Assembly (NCBI GenBank): GCA_965207375.1
Contig: CBDBMG010000003.1
Location: 96,001 to 160,000 of the forward strand
Direction: 5' to 3'
Source of the DNA: Nitrosopumilaceae archaeon
Lineage (GTDB): Archaea; Thermoproteota; Nitrososphaeria; Nitrososphaerales; Nitrosopumilaceae
DNA length: 64,000 bases
The notes under the pieces: generated by a model
What the model was told of the DNA's origin: nothing
Seen by the model: only the letters and a program-made list of their open reading frames with translations
Database searches by the model: none
Translations under genes and position numbers: made by a program
Shown: one piece after another, positions 20,401-33,285 of the stretch
How positions within the stretch are numbered: the stretch's first letter is position 1
Layout of the letters: every line of letters starts with the position of its first letter

Positions 20401-22664
20401 CATGCCAAGATAAGTGAACGGTGTAGATTACAGGGTTTGGTGTTATCGTTCATGCCACGATAAGTGAACGGCGTAGATTACAGTCCTTCCATATTTGGTT
20501 TGGTGTTATCGTTCATGCCACGATAAGTGAACGGCGTAGATTACAGTGTTTCCATATATGGTTTGGTGTTATCGTCCATGCCACGATAAGTGAACGGTGT
20601 AGATTACAGGGTTTGGTGTTATCGTCCATGCCACGATAAGTGACGGCATAGATTACAGTGTTTCCATATATGGTTTGGTGTTATCGTCCATGCCACGATA
20701 AGTGAACGGTGTAGATTACAGGGTTTGGTGTTATCGTCCATGCCACGATAAGTGAACGGCGGAGATTACAGTTCTTCCATATATAGTTTGGTGTTATCGT
20801 TCATGCCACGATAAGTGAACGGCATAGATTACAGGGTTTGGTGTTATCGTTCATGCCACGATAAGTGAACGGCGTAGATTACAGTGCTTCCATTATGGTT
20901 CGTCCATGCCACGTTTTGTACGTGTGCGTTGATTAGAAAAAATGAAACGTGAAGAGAGATTGCAGCGACGAATAGACCTTTACAGACAACGAAGGGACAA
21001 GGAGAGGTTCATGCATACGTCGCTACATGCAACTTATTGAATGATTAATTGAACAGTTAAAATTACGATCAGGCTCGCCCCTCGATGCTGTTAGCATCTG
21101 TCTAGTAATAAAAGAAGGGAGAGTCACATGTTAAACACCATAAATTATGCAGAGTTACTCTACTCAGACATTACCATGAAACAAAAATAATTCCGCACCT
21201 GGGTGGGCTCGAACCACCAACCTTTTGGTTAACAGCCAAACACGCTAACCAATTGCGCCACAGATGCAGATGGAAACGCAAGCCGTAAACCTCACCAATA
21301 GAAGGATGTTAAATTAAAATATAAGGCCAAACAAAGTTAAAAATGTTTCTGGTCCTCCTGCCTGGTTATTTTTGCTAACCAGTAAAATATTTTTTATTAA
21401 CCATACAAATAATTTTGTGGATACCTTTATGTAAAAAATACAAAATTAAGCAAATTTTATAATGGATGAAAGAAATATTGTGTATGATCAATAAAAGTAA
21501 CCAGTTTTAGTTTTAATATGCCTGGATCAGAAACACATACCGTATACGTGGTAATTTTCGAAGGTCTTATATTTCACGGAAGATAAGTCTGTAAGGATTT
21601 TCGTGGTTTAATTTTCGCTGATCAGTAAGTCGAATACAGTGTTTCCTTAAGCTACTGCTTCTTTTCAAGGATTAAAATTTTGTGCTTGACAAGCTTACAG
21701 CGAAATCTGCGAAATTTACGTCCCTCAAAAATTACCGCGTATACGGTATTTAACTTTGCAGCCTAACCAGTGTAAGCTTTTGACCATGTGTGATTCTTGC
21801 TATTGCAGAATTTCACACACAATACTCCACACTTCTTTTTTAAAGGTATAATCTTGTTTCAGCATACCGCAAATCCCAAATCCTGGCAGTCCCATCCTCT
21901 CCGCCAGTGTACATCCACTTGCCGTTCTCACAGAACCCGACGGCTGTGACGTTCTTTGATATCCCGTTATAGTCCATCACCTGGAGGGATATACAGCAGT
22001 ATGCTACCATCACTACTACCATATACGGTAAAACATTGGGGGAAACTTTCAGTTTTCGTGATTTTTTGCTCAACTGCAAATGTTTTACATCAAATAGTTT
22101 ACTAGCAATAGTCAAAAGAAGCTGCTACCATGACAGTTTTCCTGTGAGCATTTATTATCTATTCTAACGGCGAAAGTTCTCCCTGAATGTTTTGCCATAT
22201 ATGGTATACTGATTGTTACTCACTGGGTTTGTATCCGTTGAGCAGACATGATACATTTTAACATGTTGGTAACCTATGATACGTCAAACAGTGCATATAT
22301 AACAAGTTGTAAATTTAGCAATCAAGAATGCTTTGTCAGCATACACATGAACAAATATACACATATAAATGTACAACACACATGCAGATGCACTCGCCAC
22401 ACACACATACGCACGCACGCACACACCTGCTACAGCAACATATTTCTTGTCAGGTGTAATGGCAAGCCCATTCACTTGCTGTAAGACAAATAAAACATCA
22501 TAGATAATAGGTGCAGTCCTCATAAGTGTACAGTATAATTTGCTACTTAAATGACTCACGGAGTCCGCGTGCTGAGCGGAACGGTAGCACACGCCATCGT
22601 GCGGATGCCAGAACTTGATCGTGTGGTCGTAGCCGCCTGTTACAAAAATAATATCTCCAGACAT
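17463..22664 (-). CDS. MLST8: Target of rapamycin complex subunit LST8 (WD40); exons 22664-22560, 22478-22427, 22273-22224, 21980-21868, 19987-19837, 19582-19505, 19354-19230, 17608-17463; final exon not located
   Basis: Phase-consistent spliced translation with LST8 motifs [82 protein letters not shown]. Confidence 0.95.
20246..21105 (+). mobile_element. Non-autonomous Helentron/DINE-like rolling-circle element in LST8 intron 4
   Basis: 5' ggggcgagcctga and 3' tcaggctcgcccc sub-terminal inverted repeats, 3' stem-loop gatgct-gtt-agcatc followed by CTAG, central tandem array. Confidence 0.7.
20388..20913. repeat. Minisatellite of mixed ~49-bp and ~66-bp units
   Basis: Core ggtttggtgttatcgt(c/t)catgccacgataagtgaacgg(c/t)gtagattacag repeated ~9 times, with or without a ttccatat linker. 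Confidence 0.95.
21194..21267 (-). tRNA. tRNA-Asn (GTT), in LST8 intron 4
   Basis: GCATCTG/CAGGTGC acceptor stem, TGGCGCAATTGG A box, TTTGG-CTGTTAA-CCAAA anticodon arm, GGTTCGAGCC B box, TTTTT terminator just downstream. Confidence 0.93.
21540..21746. mobile_element. TA-flanked MITE with CCGTATA termini (Tc1/mariner/pogo-like)
   Basis: ta-ccgtatacgtggtaatttt ... aaaattaccgcgtatacgg-ta. Confidence 0.75.
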
Positions 22665-22769
22665 GTACAAAATTATTAGAATATGTTTCTATCCAATGCC
22701 CACTGAAACAACGTGAACTTGGTAATTGTCTGTAAAAGATTTATTTATGTGTATGAGGCGTGGATCATT
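22665..22769. promoter_or_regulatory. Putative bidirectional promoter/5' UTRs shared by LST8 and POLD2
   Basis: Divergent ATGs at 22664 (-) and 22770 (+). Confidence 0.7.
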
Positions 22770-25700
22770 ATGTCTTTGCAAAATGAAGATAATCATGGAG
22801 CTGTTAAGGTGGAGAGAGCTGCATGCCCGTACAAGAACATGTCGCACAAATTTAAATTCGAGAAGAAACGAGAATTCAAGGCGCAGTATGCACACATATA
22901 TTTCGCCAGACTACAGAAAATGAAGAAGTCGTTGCAGGACTCGGCAAAGCGAAAATGGGGTGAGTTATGCCATAGATCACTATGTCCCCAGTGTGCATCG
23001 ATTTCGCGCCGTAATCACGTGAGATACCCCTTCCATTTCCAGGTGACGTAAGCATAGTTCCAATCAGTGGATTGAAGGATCTCACTGATAAATGTTGCAT
23101 TGTAGGGACACTGTTTAAAGAAATGGAGCTGAAGCCATCCATCTTGAAGGAGATTAGTCAACAGGTAACTGACTGACAGAAAAGAGTTTAGTAGGTCAGT
23201 ATGAAGTGGTTAGCTTCTTTGAGGTAGCACTAGTTGGTATTGCTATGATTGTGCCTACTACATATGGTCTGCCATATACAGTTTAGATATGGAATTTACC
23301 AATTTTAAAATCTCTGCCAAGATTTAAAGATTAGAGTGCAGATTTATAGATTTGATTAAAATTTCAGGATTTACACTGTGTACATTTCAGGAATTGCAAT
23401 GTATTCATTAGTATTTCAAGCATATTTATCATGGTAATAGGATTTGAGATTTGAGCGATCTGATCTAAGATTTGATACATGGCAAACCCATTGATCTGTA
23501 ATTGTAATTCAACCACTCTGTCTAAATTTTCACCCTAAATCTAGTAATAAATATAATGAACAAATAAACAATAGTGTATGGTACTAGTCTCATCCCCAGA
23601 TGGGCCCGTGCTAATAGCACAAACACCGTCTGGTGACAATAGTTGATTTTCTTGATTCCGGAAGCCAAGATTTTGGCTGTCCAATCAGCTGTGAGGAGTT
23701 ACATAATCCACTAAAAATATTAGAATATCATGAGATATGGAAGGTTTACTGCCGTCTAGAATACCCTATCCTATAACGAAAATGTTCTAATAGCTGTGTG
23801 TATTATTTGTATAGGGAACGGATTTTCCGACACGACTTATTAAGCGACACGATATTCTAATATTTTAAGTGGGTTGTGAAATGATTGGCTAGATTTGAAC
23901 TTCCGGAATCAAGAAAATAGACTAATGTCACCAGACAGTGTTTGCACTATTAGCGTAAGCCCAGCTGGGAACGAGACTAATATGGTACATGTTTATTTAT
24001 TTATTTATTTACTAGCATCATTTAGTGCCATTACCACCAAGAAAGAAGTACCTTCATAAAACAGACTCACTAGTGTTAGAGGATGAAGCACAGAGGATCA
24101 ACCTTACTGGTGATATCCCAGTAGACGAGCTACTCACTGGCATCACCATAGCGTTACTAGGAAAAAGCGATGACAGTGGGAAATTTCATGTTGAGGAATA
24201 TTGTTTTGCTGGAGAATGTCCTACCATTGATGTTACCATGAACAACAGTATGAATGATATGTCTGACGATGATGATAACGACAAGTATGAAGATTTCGGC
24301 AAGCAGAATTTTTATAATTTCCAAAGTTTCATGTGAATGTGTGCTAAGGACTAAGTTGTGGGTACTAGAAAGAAAAATTTGGTCATTTAATATCACGAAC
24401 TTTTGTTTCGTGAGTTTTAATGTTTCAAAATGTTATCTTGGTGTCTTGTTGGTGTGTTCTATTAGGACATTTTGCATTATTTTATAGGTACATTGCTATA
24501 GTGTCAGGACTTAATGTTGGCTCTGCACACTGTGATCAGCTGAGCCTACAACTGTTCATCGATTACATAACTAGCACCGTGGACAGGGCTGCCAACCGTT
24601 GCAGTAGTGTCGTCCGACTGATAGTGGCGGGTAACTGCATCACTGATAATCCTGTGAAGTCTTCAACTGCAGTAGTTGATAGCAAAGTATGGTTACTACA
24701 ATAATATGGCCATCATAATTATACAGATTACTGTATGCCTTAGGCTGGTGTTTAATTTTAGCAAAAATAATCAATAATATTATTAAGCAGTGGCGTTGGA
24801 AGGTGTGGGTGGGGTTGGAGGCCTCCCCACAATTTTGAAAGTATAGAGGAAGAGCACCCAATCAAAATACTCTAATAAAGCAGTCATTTATCCTAATAGA
24901 GCAGTTAATAATGCATCATGTTATCATTACCAGCAATGCTGTACCCATGCACCACCACCACTGTTAAATGTCAATTGTTAAGGATCATATTTGTGATATT
25001 AATTCCTAATTGGTCTGGTTAATGAACATAGTATGACAACTAATGCTATATACAATGAGATCCAACCGATATGTTGTATACATATTCACTATATTAGAGC
25101 ATGAATTAATGGTTAAAAGTGCTCAGATGCGTCAGCACAAAATAAAATTTTGTCCTGCCAAATCAGTAGAAATACATACCGTAGTATTATAGCTAGACTC
25201 AGAACAATGCTTGGAAATGTCAGACTGTTACTTCATGCTCTGTAAATGTACTAACCTTGCCATGTATGTTAGATTGTGTTGATTTCCTGTAGACTAAATA
25301 TCAGACTAAGAATTATTCAGCTCAGAGCATTGAAGCAGTAAAAGAACTGGATACTGTACTGACACAATTAGCGGTAAGTTTGAGTAGTTTTAAGCAGTTT
25401 CGTTGCATTGAGACACTATTGAGGATTACAATGATCACCCTAGTGGATTGTAAAAAATGTTACATCCCTGGTGGGACTCGAACCCACAACCTTTGAATTA
25501 GAAGTCCAATGCGCTAATCCATTGTGCCACAGGGACCTTGATGATAAGGAATGTTTTGTCAAACTTGTATACTTAGCTATACCTATTCATGCTAGACAAC
25601 TTGTCCATTGTCTGTAGTGGTCATTCAGTGTATATCCCTATCAGTCATACTTGTATGGTAATATTACTGAGAGATTTCTATGTATAGCTATTATGGTGAG

Positions 25701-28068
25701 CACTCGTTTTGTAGAGTTGTCTACCGGTGGATGTAATGCCTGGATCACATGATCCGACTAACCACTTGTTGCCACAGCATCCACTTCATTGTTGTATGTT
25801 CCCTCAGGCATCACGTTACTCAATGTTACAATGTGTCACCAATCCCTACCAGGCTAGGGTGGGGGGAGTTTTGTAAGTTACACGAACTCATGCAACTGAG
25901 TGAGGGGATATTGATAAAACAATATTTTCTTACAGGTTATTAGGAACATCAGGTCAAAATATTGATGATGCAATGAGATTCTCATCCTATACTGATCCAA
26001 TGGCGGTATTGGAGCATACGTTGTTATGGAAACATTTGGCTCCCACTACACCTGATACTCTTAGTTGTTTTCCATACACAACTGATGACCCCTTCATCCT
26101 TGAGGACCACCCACAGATCTATTTTGCTGCTAATCAAGCATCACAGCAACATAAGATTATTAAAGGTATTCATTGCAGCTATAGCTAGAGTCTTGTATTA
26201 AGTTAAGTAACTCAGTATCCAGCCACTGCTGGATAGGTTGAGGTGATAGGGTCACAGAATGTAGCTATATATTACATAGCAATACCATGTGGACTTGGAT
26301 TGTTACCTGACATGATATGTAAAGTGACTGCACTGTAGCTAGCTAGCTATATGTTATTTCTTCAAAGGAAATCAATAAAATTTAATAGCCATTCCATGGC
26401 ATTTAAGGTATTGCCATGTGTTTATTTTCTTATCGCATAGCTAGCTTGTATATATTGTGCCATTAGTAGCAGTGCAATTATTCTCAAATTGGTAGCCTAG
26501 GGGATAGCAATATTCAGTAATTGCATGCTAAGATAGCGAATCAAAATTCACAATGCAGGAAGCCATTTAAATGCAACAAACAATGATGTGATAAACAGCA
26601 AGCGTAGCACTGGAGATTCATAGTAACTGACTTACATGACAACAAAGTAATGAATACAGGTGTAACGAATACTCCATAGTATGTAGAAGAATTTCTCGAT
26701 GATAACTTCTTAGAATGGAATTCTGAATGCAGAACTGCTAAAAACAATGTGGAAGGAACAAGATTTGTGACCATGCCTCAGATTGAAATGAGCAGCGGGC
26801 GTCGTAGTTCGTGCTATGCGATTAGTAGGCAATCACACATTTTCGTGCAATTCGAGAATAATTGTACACGTAACAGTCAAATTGCACTCCCCTTTCCCTT
26901 GTGCAATTACGTACTTGACTGTTACTGGTACAATTATTCTCAAATTGCACTCAACTGTGTGTGAAATTAGCTACATACTGGGAGCTAAGCAATTTAGTAA
27001 CCCTCAGGCCCTTAACTGCACTAGGGATGCTACATCCTCAGGCATTTGGGCTACTAGCATCTAACTGTCATATAGTTTATGTAGTATAGCTACAAAGGAT
27101 AGCTAACCATTTTGTATTTCAGATACACATTAAGTAAATAGCTACCGTATAGCTAGCGTAATTTTTGACAGGGGAAAATATTAACAGATTTTAAGCTAAC
27201 ATTAGCAATACATCAAAATTTCCCTTTCAGTGGTTTTGAGTAGTATAGTGCTAATACAGGTGGCCTAAGATGCTGTACGTCAATATTTTCCGTATTAAAT
27301 TTCTCAATGAAATACATCCATCAATATTTTCCCTGTTAAAAATTTGCGCTAGCTATATGGTAGGAACACGTATAGCTAGTTGTCTAGCTGGTAATGCCTG
27401 AGGCTTTAGGGCACTAAGTAAACACACGTAGTGATCTAGCTAGTGATTTATTAAACCTGCAAATTCACTACATTCAAATTGTAGTCTAAGCGTTAGTAAT
27501 GCAATTAGCTAGCTACAGAAACTAGCTATATAGCTAGCTTACCTAATTTTTGGAAGGGCTATCTTTTATAACAAGATATCTGTGTTGGTTTATATTCCTA
27601 AGCACATGGGCATAATACTGAGCATAACAGGTGAAATTTATGAGCACTACAACATAACATAGTAGGTAAAGATAAAAGCATAATAGGCTGTCCATACCAT
27701 AATAGCCGTTCCATGACATTGAAGGTGTTGCCATGTTTTTTTGCCATACAAAATAGCTATAGATAATAGCTATGTGTCTTCATTGTTAGTCACAATGCAC
27801 TCTATAGCTACCTGTTTCTACAGATGATGATGGTAGAAGAACTTGTCTACTGACAGTTCCTAACTTTGATCAAACACACAGTTGTGTTCTTGTCAACCTG
27901 AAGACCCTAAAGTGCAGTGAGATACAATTCCGTACATCACTAGTCTCATCATCACCAAGTGTGCCACACCCCATGGATACAGGAGACACTCCTATGGCTG
28001 CAGAGTCAGAAGAAGACATCAACTACATGGAGCTCTATCAAGATGACAATGATGATGATATGGATTAA
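22770..28068 (+). CDS. POLD2: DNA polymerase delta subunit 2; exons 22770-22959, 23043-23164, 24016-24284, 24488-24686, 25293-25373, 25715-25872, 25936-26165, 27824-28068
   Basis: Phase-consistent spliced ORF with [88 protein letters not shown]. Confidence 0.96.
23585..23979. mobile_element. AcademH-like MITE in POLD2 intron 2
   Basis: TAGTCTC..GAGACTA ends, ~80-bp imperfect TIRs, 9-bp TSD gtatggtac/atatggtac. Confidence 0.8.
25463..25536 (-). tRNA. tRNA-Arg (TCT), intronless, antisense in POLD2 intron 5
   Basis: GTCCCTG/CAGGGAT acceptor, TTGGA-CTTCTAA-TTCAA anticodon arm, GGTTCGAGTCC B box, T6 terminator; one A-C mismatch in the D stem. Confidence 0.9.
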
Positions 28069-28792
28069 TTTTATTGTTGGTAGCTAGCTAGCGCCATAAT
28101 GTGTATATGTACATATTATTCTATCTATCTATATGAGGTTTACTATAGCTAGCTATATACAGCACAAGGAAGAATACACAACCTTTATCACAGTTTTATA
28201 GACTTACTTTCTATTCATCTCTAAGACTTTAATCTGCTGTCAGGAGCAATGACCTCATGCACACTAGCTGACTAGCTATGGAGATAACTGATGAATGCCA
28301 AGGGGAAGAAATAGTTAAGATTGTGTATCTGACTGTCCTGAATGTGAATGCAATAGTGGATAAATGTTTTGAAGTACAGAACGGTGAAAGTCTGGTACAT
28401 GGCCATGGATTGCTTTATAGCTATATGTATTCAATCAACATTAGTGGTACTAAGGACATTGAAGATAACCGTGAAGCTGTTAAGTGTAGATGTGTTAGAT
28501 CATTTATTCCATGCTCTTGTATTGAAGTTTAAGTCCATATATATGCAATATCCTAAAGGGAAATATCAGTTAATATATAGCTATATATAGCATCTATTGG
28601 ATTCTCTGATATGGTTGAGGAGGGAGTCTCGAGATCCCAAAGACCCCCTTGATCCTCCACTATGTAAATAAATGTGACTGCATAATTGCAGAGTGCAAGC
28701 AATGTAGCTAGCTATAATTTCTATGTAACCAATTGCAATATGCTATAGCTAATTGTCAAAGTTAACTATAACATGTTTACTTTTAATTATGC

Positions 28793-29269
28793 GAAGACAT
28801 CAACTACATGGAGCTCTATCAAGATGACAATGATGATGATATGGATTAATTATATTGTCGGTAGCTAGCTAGCTAGCTATATAGCTAGTTATAATGTGTG
28901 TGTGTACAAAAAAGTTTATATACTAACTATCACAATTTTACAGATTTGCATTCTATTCACAATGTGAAATGAAATTCAAATCAGCTATATACATGACTTC
29001 AGTCTGGTGAGCATTGAGCCAATGACCTCACACTAACATCCATGCAACTTTTACTTGGTGTGTAGATGTGTTACATCATTTATTCTGTGCTCTCATATTG
29101 AAGTTGAAATTATCCTAATTTGGCAAGGGAAATGTTAATTATATAGTTTACCAATAGCTATACAGCTGTCTTAGATTCTCTGATATATGAGGGGGTCTCG
29201 AGACCACAAAGACCCCCTTGATCTGCCCATGTGTAAATAAATGTGACTGCACAGTTGTGGAGTGCAAGC
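28793..29269 (+). repeat. Tandem duplicate of the POLD2 3' end/UTR (copy 1 ~28012-28700)
   Basis: gaagacatcaactacatggagctctatcaagatgacaatgatgatgatatggattaat repeated exactly; downstream blocks diverged. Confidence 0.9.
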
Positions 29270-29381
29270 TTATAAGCTTTAGCATGATATAATTTATTTC
29301 TATAGCTTATGTAGCTAACTAGCTAGCTAGCAGCTATAGTTATTATATAATATAAACATTAAAAGTATATTGATTAAGAAT

Positions 29382-30835
29382 TTAAATTAATTGATTACAA
29401 CAATGTAAACACTGACACATAGGACTACATAGATCACAGCATTGACATGGACTTACAGGGTTTTTACAACAACTATATAAAAAATCTTTAAATAGTAAGT
29501 ACCTACGACACACAGACTTGTTCTTAGCATACTCATGTACAAGTTTGGAAGCTTTCATAGCACTACTTCTATAATATAGAATGGCCTGAGCTTGTGATCC
29601 GTTTTTTCCAGCCCTACCGGTTTCTTGTACCAAATCCTCAAGACTCTGTGGTAATCCCCAATTTATTATCCTAGCAATGTCAGGAATATCAACTCCAAGC
29701 CCAAAAGCACTACTGGCTATCACTAGTCTTAAGATGCTGCGAAATTCATCTAGTATTTCTTCTCTCATATCTGGAGTGGAAGCTGCAGTAAACAATGTAA
29801 CAAGCCATAACTGTCATATATTTAGAAGACCAGGTGGTTTGGTAATTTTTGGGCCAAGTTTTTTCTTAATTGCAGTGAACATATCTGTACATTCACGTAA
29901 TGACCGACAGAATATCACAGTTTTGGGCATATTTGTATGTGCCAAGGTTAGTTCATCAGCTAATGTTGTGGATAATTGTTCAATGGGTTCAGATGGCTTG
30001 ACTATGTATTTAATGTTTGACCTGTCTATGTTTAGCCCGATTATCATGGGATCATCCATAGCCAGATGAGATGTTACGACGCTGATTGTCTGATCAGTGG
30101 CAGTAGCTGTCAAAGCCATGACATTCACAGATTTAGGAATTAAACTTCGAAGTGTTCCTATTTCAAAAAATGCTTTCCGAAAAGTGTCTCCCCTATGCAA
30201 TGAAACAAATAATATGTAGCACACAAAATATACTTGGCTAACCACATCTGGATGCAATGTGCTTCATCGACGACCAGTGCCACTAATCTCTCTTGATACA
30301 CATTCTTCTGAAGCATGTTTCTAAATTTCTTATTGTTAAGTATGGACTCAGGGCTTATGTAAACCAACTGAATTTCTCCTTTCAATACAGACATAGCAGC
30401 CTTTTCATCATTCTGTGCCTCTCCCACAAACTCCACCGTAATACCTTTGTGCTTAAAACTTTGCTTTTGATCAATCATCAGGGCAATCAGTGGGGTAATT
30501 ATAACAGCAATGCTACCTTTACGACCTACAATGAGTGCATAGTTTACATGCATTATTCAAAATATTAACATATAATTATATTTGAAGCTTACCAAAAATA
30601 TTATCAAATAATATAATAATGGAAGTGTTGCATATATAGATTTTCCGTAACCTGTAGGAAGCACAACGAATACATCTTTTCCGGTTGCAAAAGCTTGAAC
30701 AGCTTCTTCCTACAAATGAAAAGTGCTTACTAAGGATTTGTAAAATGCTAGCTATTCCCTTACTTGCTTTGGTTTTAATTGTTCTAACCCCATAGTCATT
30801 AATGTACTTGCCAGGGCAGTCTTAAAATCCACCTG
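29382..30835 (-). pseudogene. Decayed RecQ-type SF2 helicase, probably AcademH-derived (about 4 exons)
   Basis: LKPKQ, VLPTGYGKS, ITPLIALMIDQ, VVDEAHC, ALTATA, AFGLGVD, QETGRAG, C-terminal CR...CCDLC; in-frame TGA at 29814 and apparent frameshifts in exons 1-2. Confidence 0.85.
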
Positions 30836-31511
30836 CAGTGCTTCTTTCCTGATGATAACTTCGTAACTTTCAGAACGTCGTAATGTTAGGTAATTACGTA
30901 AAGAAGTGGGGGAATTTCACAGAATGTTTCGTATTTTGGTGCATTGTGGTTCACGATGACCACTGATATTATAATAATCTACACTCAGGTCATTAACCTA
31001 TCCATTAAAGTCTTCATTGCCCATTTGTTTGCTTGATGATCAACAATTAATTAGTTGCTTTAGTTGAGTTGAATGTTTAGGTGTGTGCAAAAACAGCTAT
31101 AGCTAGCTAGCTAGCTAATAGAGCAATATCATAATTAGTCATTTTAGATGCATACATAGCTATAATGGCTACAACAAAACAATTGTGTTTGTACTATCTT
31201 TTCCAGTAGGTAGTTACTTCATAAACTAAATAAAAATTAACAAAAATTCAAAGAAATTCTGGTAGAATCAGTCTCGAATAAATTTGCTGTATATAAATTT
31301 GAACTTGTAGCTACATACAATGTCTAGATTTCTAATCTATTGCTTGTGGTGGGAGTCACAAGTGAAGACAAATGATTATCTGTATGACTGTCTAATTGAT
31401 GTGAAAAATACAGTTAAACTAGCTAGCTACGACGTTCTGAAACTTTGATTAGAATGTCATGAAAGTTAAGGTTAGGTGGGGCAATTCCAAACGTGGGGAA
31501 ATTCCATATTT

Positions 31512-31761
31512 GTGACTGGATTTTGGAAAACAGACCATATTGTCATGCGTGAAATAAATAGAATTTCCATGTTTATGCATTTGTAATTTTAACAAGTACA
31601 AACTTCTAAACTATTTCCAATACTTAAATAGTAATTCAAGTTGTGTGTGATTGATTTAACCACTTATTAAGCCAGTAGTATCATCTGGAGTGTCTTAAAT
31701 AAACAGAAATATAAATGATGTCAAATGTGACAAAATGGTCTGTTTTCCAAAATCCAGTCAC
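31512..31761. mobile_element. Sola1-like MITE (TSD ATTT)
   Basis: gtgactggattttggaaaacagaccat / atggtctgttttccaaaatccagtcac flanked by ATTT. Confidence 0.8.
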
Positions 31762-32249
31762 ATTTTAAGAATCTCTGTACATCTTTGGCCTGAAGAAATT
31801 CATAGATAGTTGAAGTTTATCGCATCAACTTATTACATGGACCATACTGAAAGTTGCATAATGCATAAACTTACAAAATAAAATTTGCTTGGCTTCACCA
31901 CACAATGTTCACTAATGTCTCTTAATGTTCTCAAGCTAGCTGGAGATCAAAGCCAAACATCAAATTTTCAGTGTTTTAGAATGTTGCAAGTAAAGTTTTT
32001 TAGTGCTAGCCATGGAGCTAGTGCTGGTAGCCTGGTATCATGTTTATAATTCTTCTTAGTGATTGGCATTAGTTAGTAGCTATTTGACACAACCATAATT
32101 GTATTAAATCAGTAGCTATATGTATAGTTAGTTACAGCTAAGTGCATTTTGATTAATAAAATTTAGATTGCTTTATTAGGGTGATGGTTGTTCTATTAGA
32201 ATATGTGACTATTGTATTGGAGTGTATATATAATATCGGTTTCAGCATG

Positions 32250-33285
32250 ATATGTTCTGGTGAAAATTATAATGTGTTTAGAGACAACTTGAATTCTGAT
32301 ATGGAGAGAATTCAGGCTTGGATTGCCAGCAGTAGAATGAGATTAAATGTTCAGAAATCAGGTGTCATGTGATTTTCTCCAAAGAGGCCATCTGATGCTG
32401 TTGGCCCTCCAATCTTGGTTAATGATAGTCCACTTAAAGAAGTGGAAACACAGAAATACCTTGGTATTATATTCAACAACAAACTACAATGGGGAGCTCA
32501 ATTGAACAATGTGTGTAGGAAGATATCATACTATCTACGTACGTATATATGCTCAGCTTACACCGAAATTTTGATGTTTTTGTTTTTGTTAATTATAAGT
32601 GAGTCACTGATTCTCTCTAGAATTGATTATGCGTTACCTGTATGGGGTCCACCTCTGAATAAATCCCAAGTGGCATGTCTTCAACGTTTGCAGAATAGAG
32701 CTATTCGTGTTACAAAATGTCTGAGGAAATATGATCATGTTTCCCTACATTGTCTCCAATTAAACTGGCTACCAATATCTCATCAGATCATGTTTAAGTC
32801 ATGTTGTGCCATGTATCGCTACTATCATAATGGCCATCGACACCATGTGTGATTTTTGATCTCCCCATTTGAGACCCATCACAGTTATACCACACTTTGG
32901 AAGGACAGTTTTGCCAACCTGTTGACCTGCCGTCTATCAACCACTAAAAGGTACTTCCGTTCATCTGTTTCTTTGTGGTGGAAGAACTCGTTAATTGCTA
33001 CTATACCAGTTGATTGTACTTAGCTACACTTCATTTGTGTCATCTATTGGGACTTTTTGTTAGAATAATTGTGTAACTAGTTACCTAGCTAGCTATTTGT
33101 GTGTAATCAGCTACTTATTTATGTGTATTTAGCTATACCTATTTGTTTGGTTTGTATTCTTTGTGTGTTGTATGGGTTGTGTTGTTGTATGTATGTCTAG
33201 GGAACAACGGGTTTGCCGACTACTGTGAGGGTAAATCAAAAATCAAATCAAAAATCAAATCAAAAATCAAATCAAAAATCAAATC
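32250..33285 (+). mobile_element. 5'-truncated non-LTR retrotransposon (CR1/L2-group-like) with (AAATCAAAAATC)n tail
   Basis: RT C-terminal motifs RLNVQKS, QKYLGIIFNNKLQW, SRIDYALPVWG, LQRLQNRAIR, LNWLPI; microsatellite tail at 33233-33285. Confidence 0.85.

Noticed and set aside
20388-20913. CRISPR-like repeat/spacer appearance
   Set aside because: Linkers are near-identical or absent rather than unique spacers; no cas genes; eukaryotic intron
29677-30568. + strand ORFs of 130 and 91 aa (and similar ones at 41907-42848)
   Set aside because: Antisense shadows of the helicase and integrase genes
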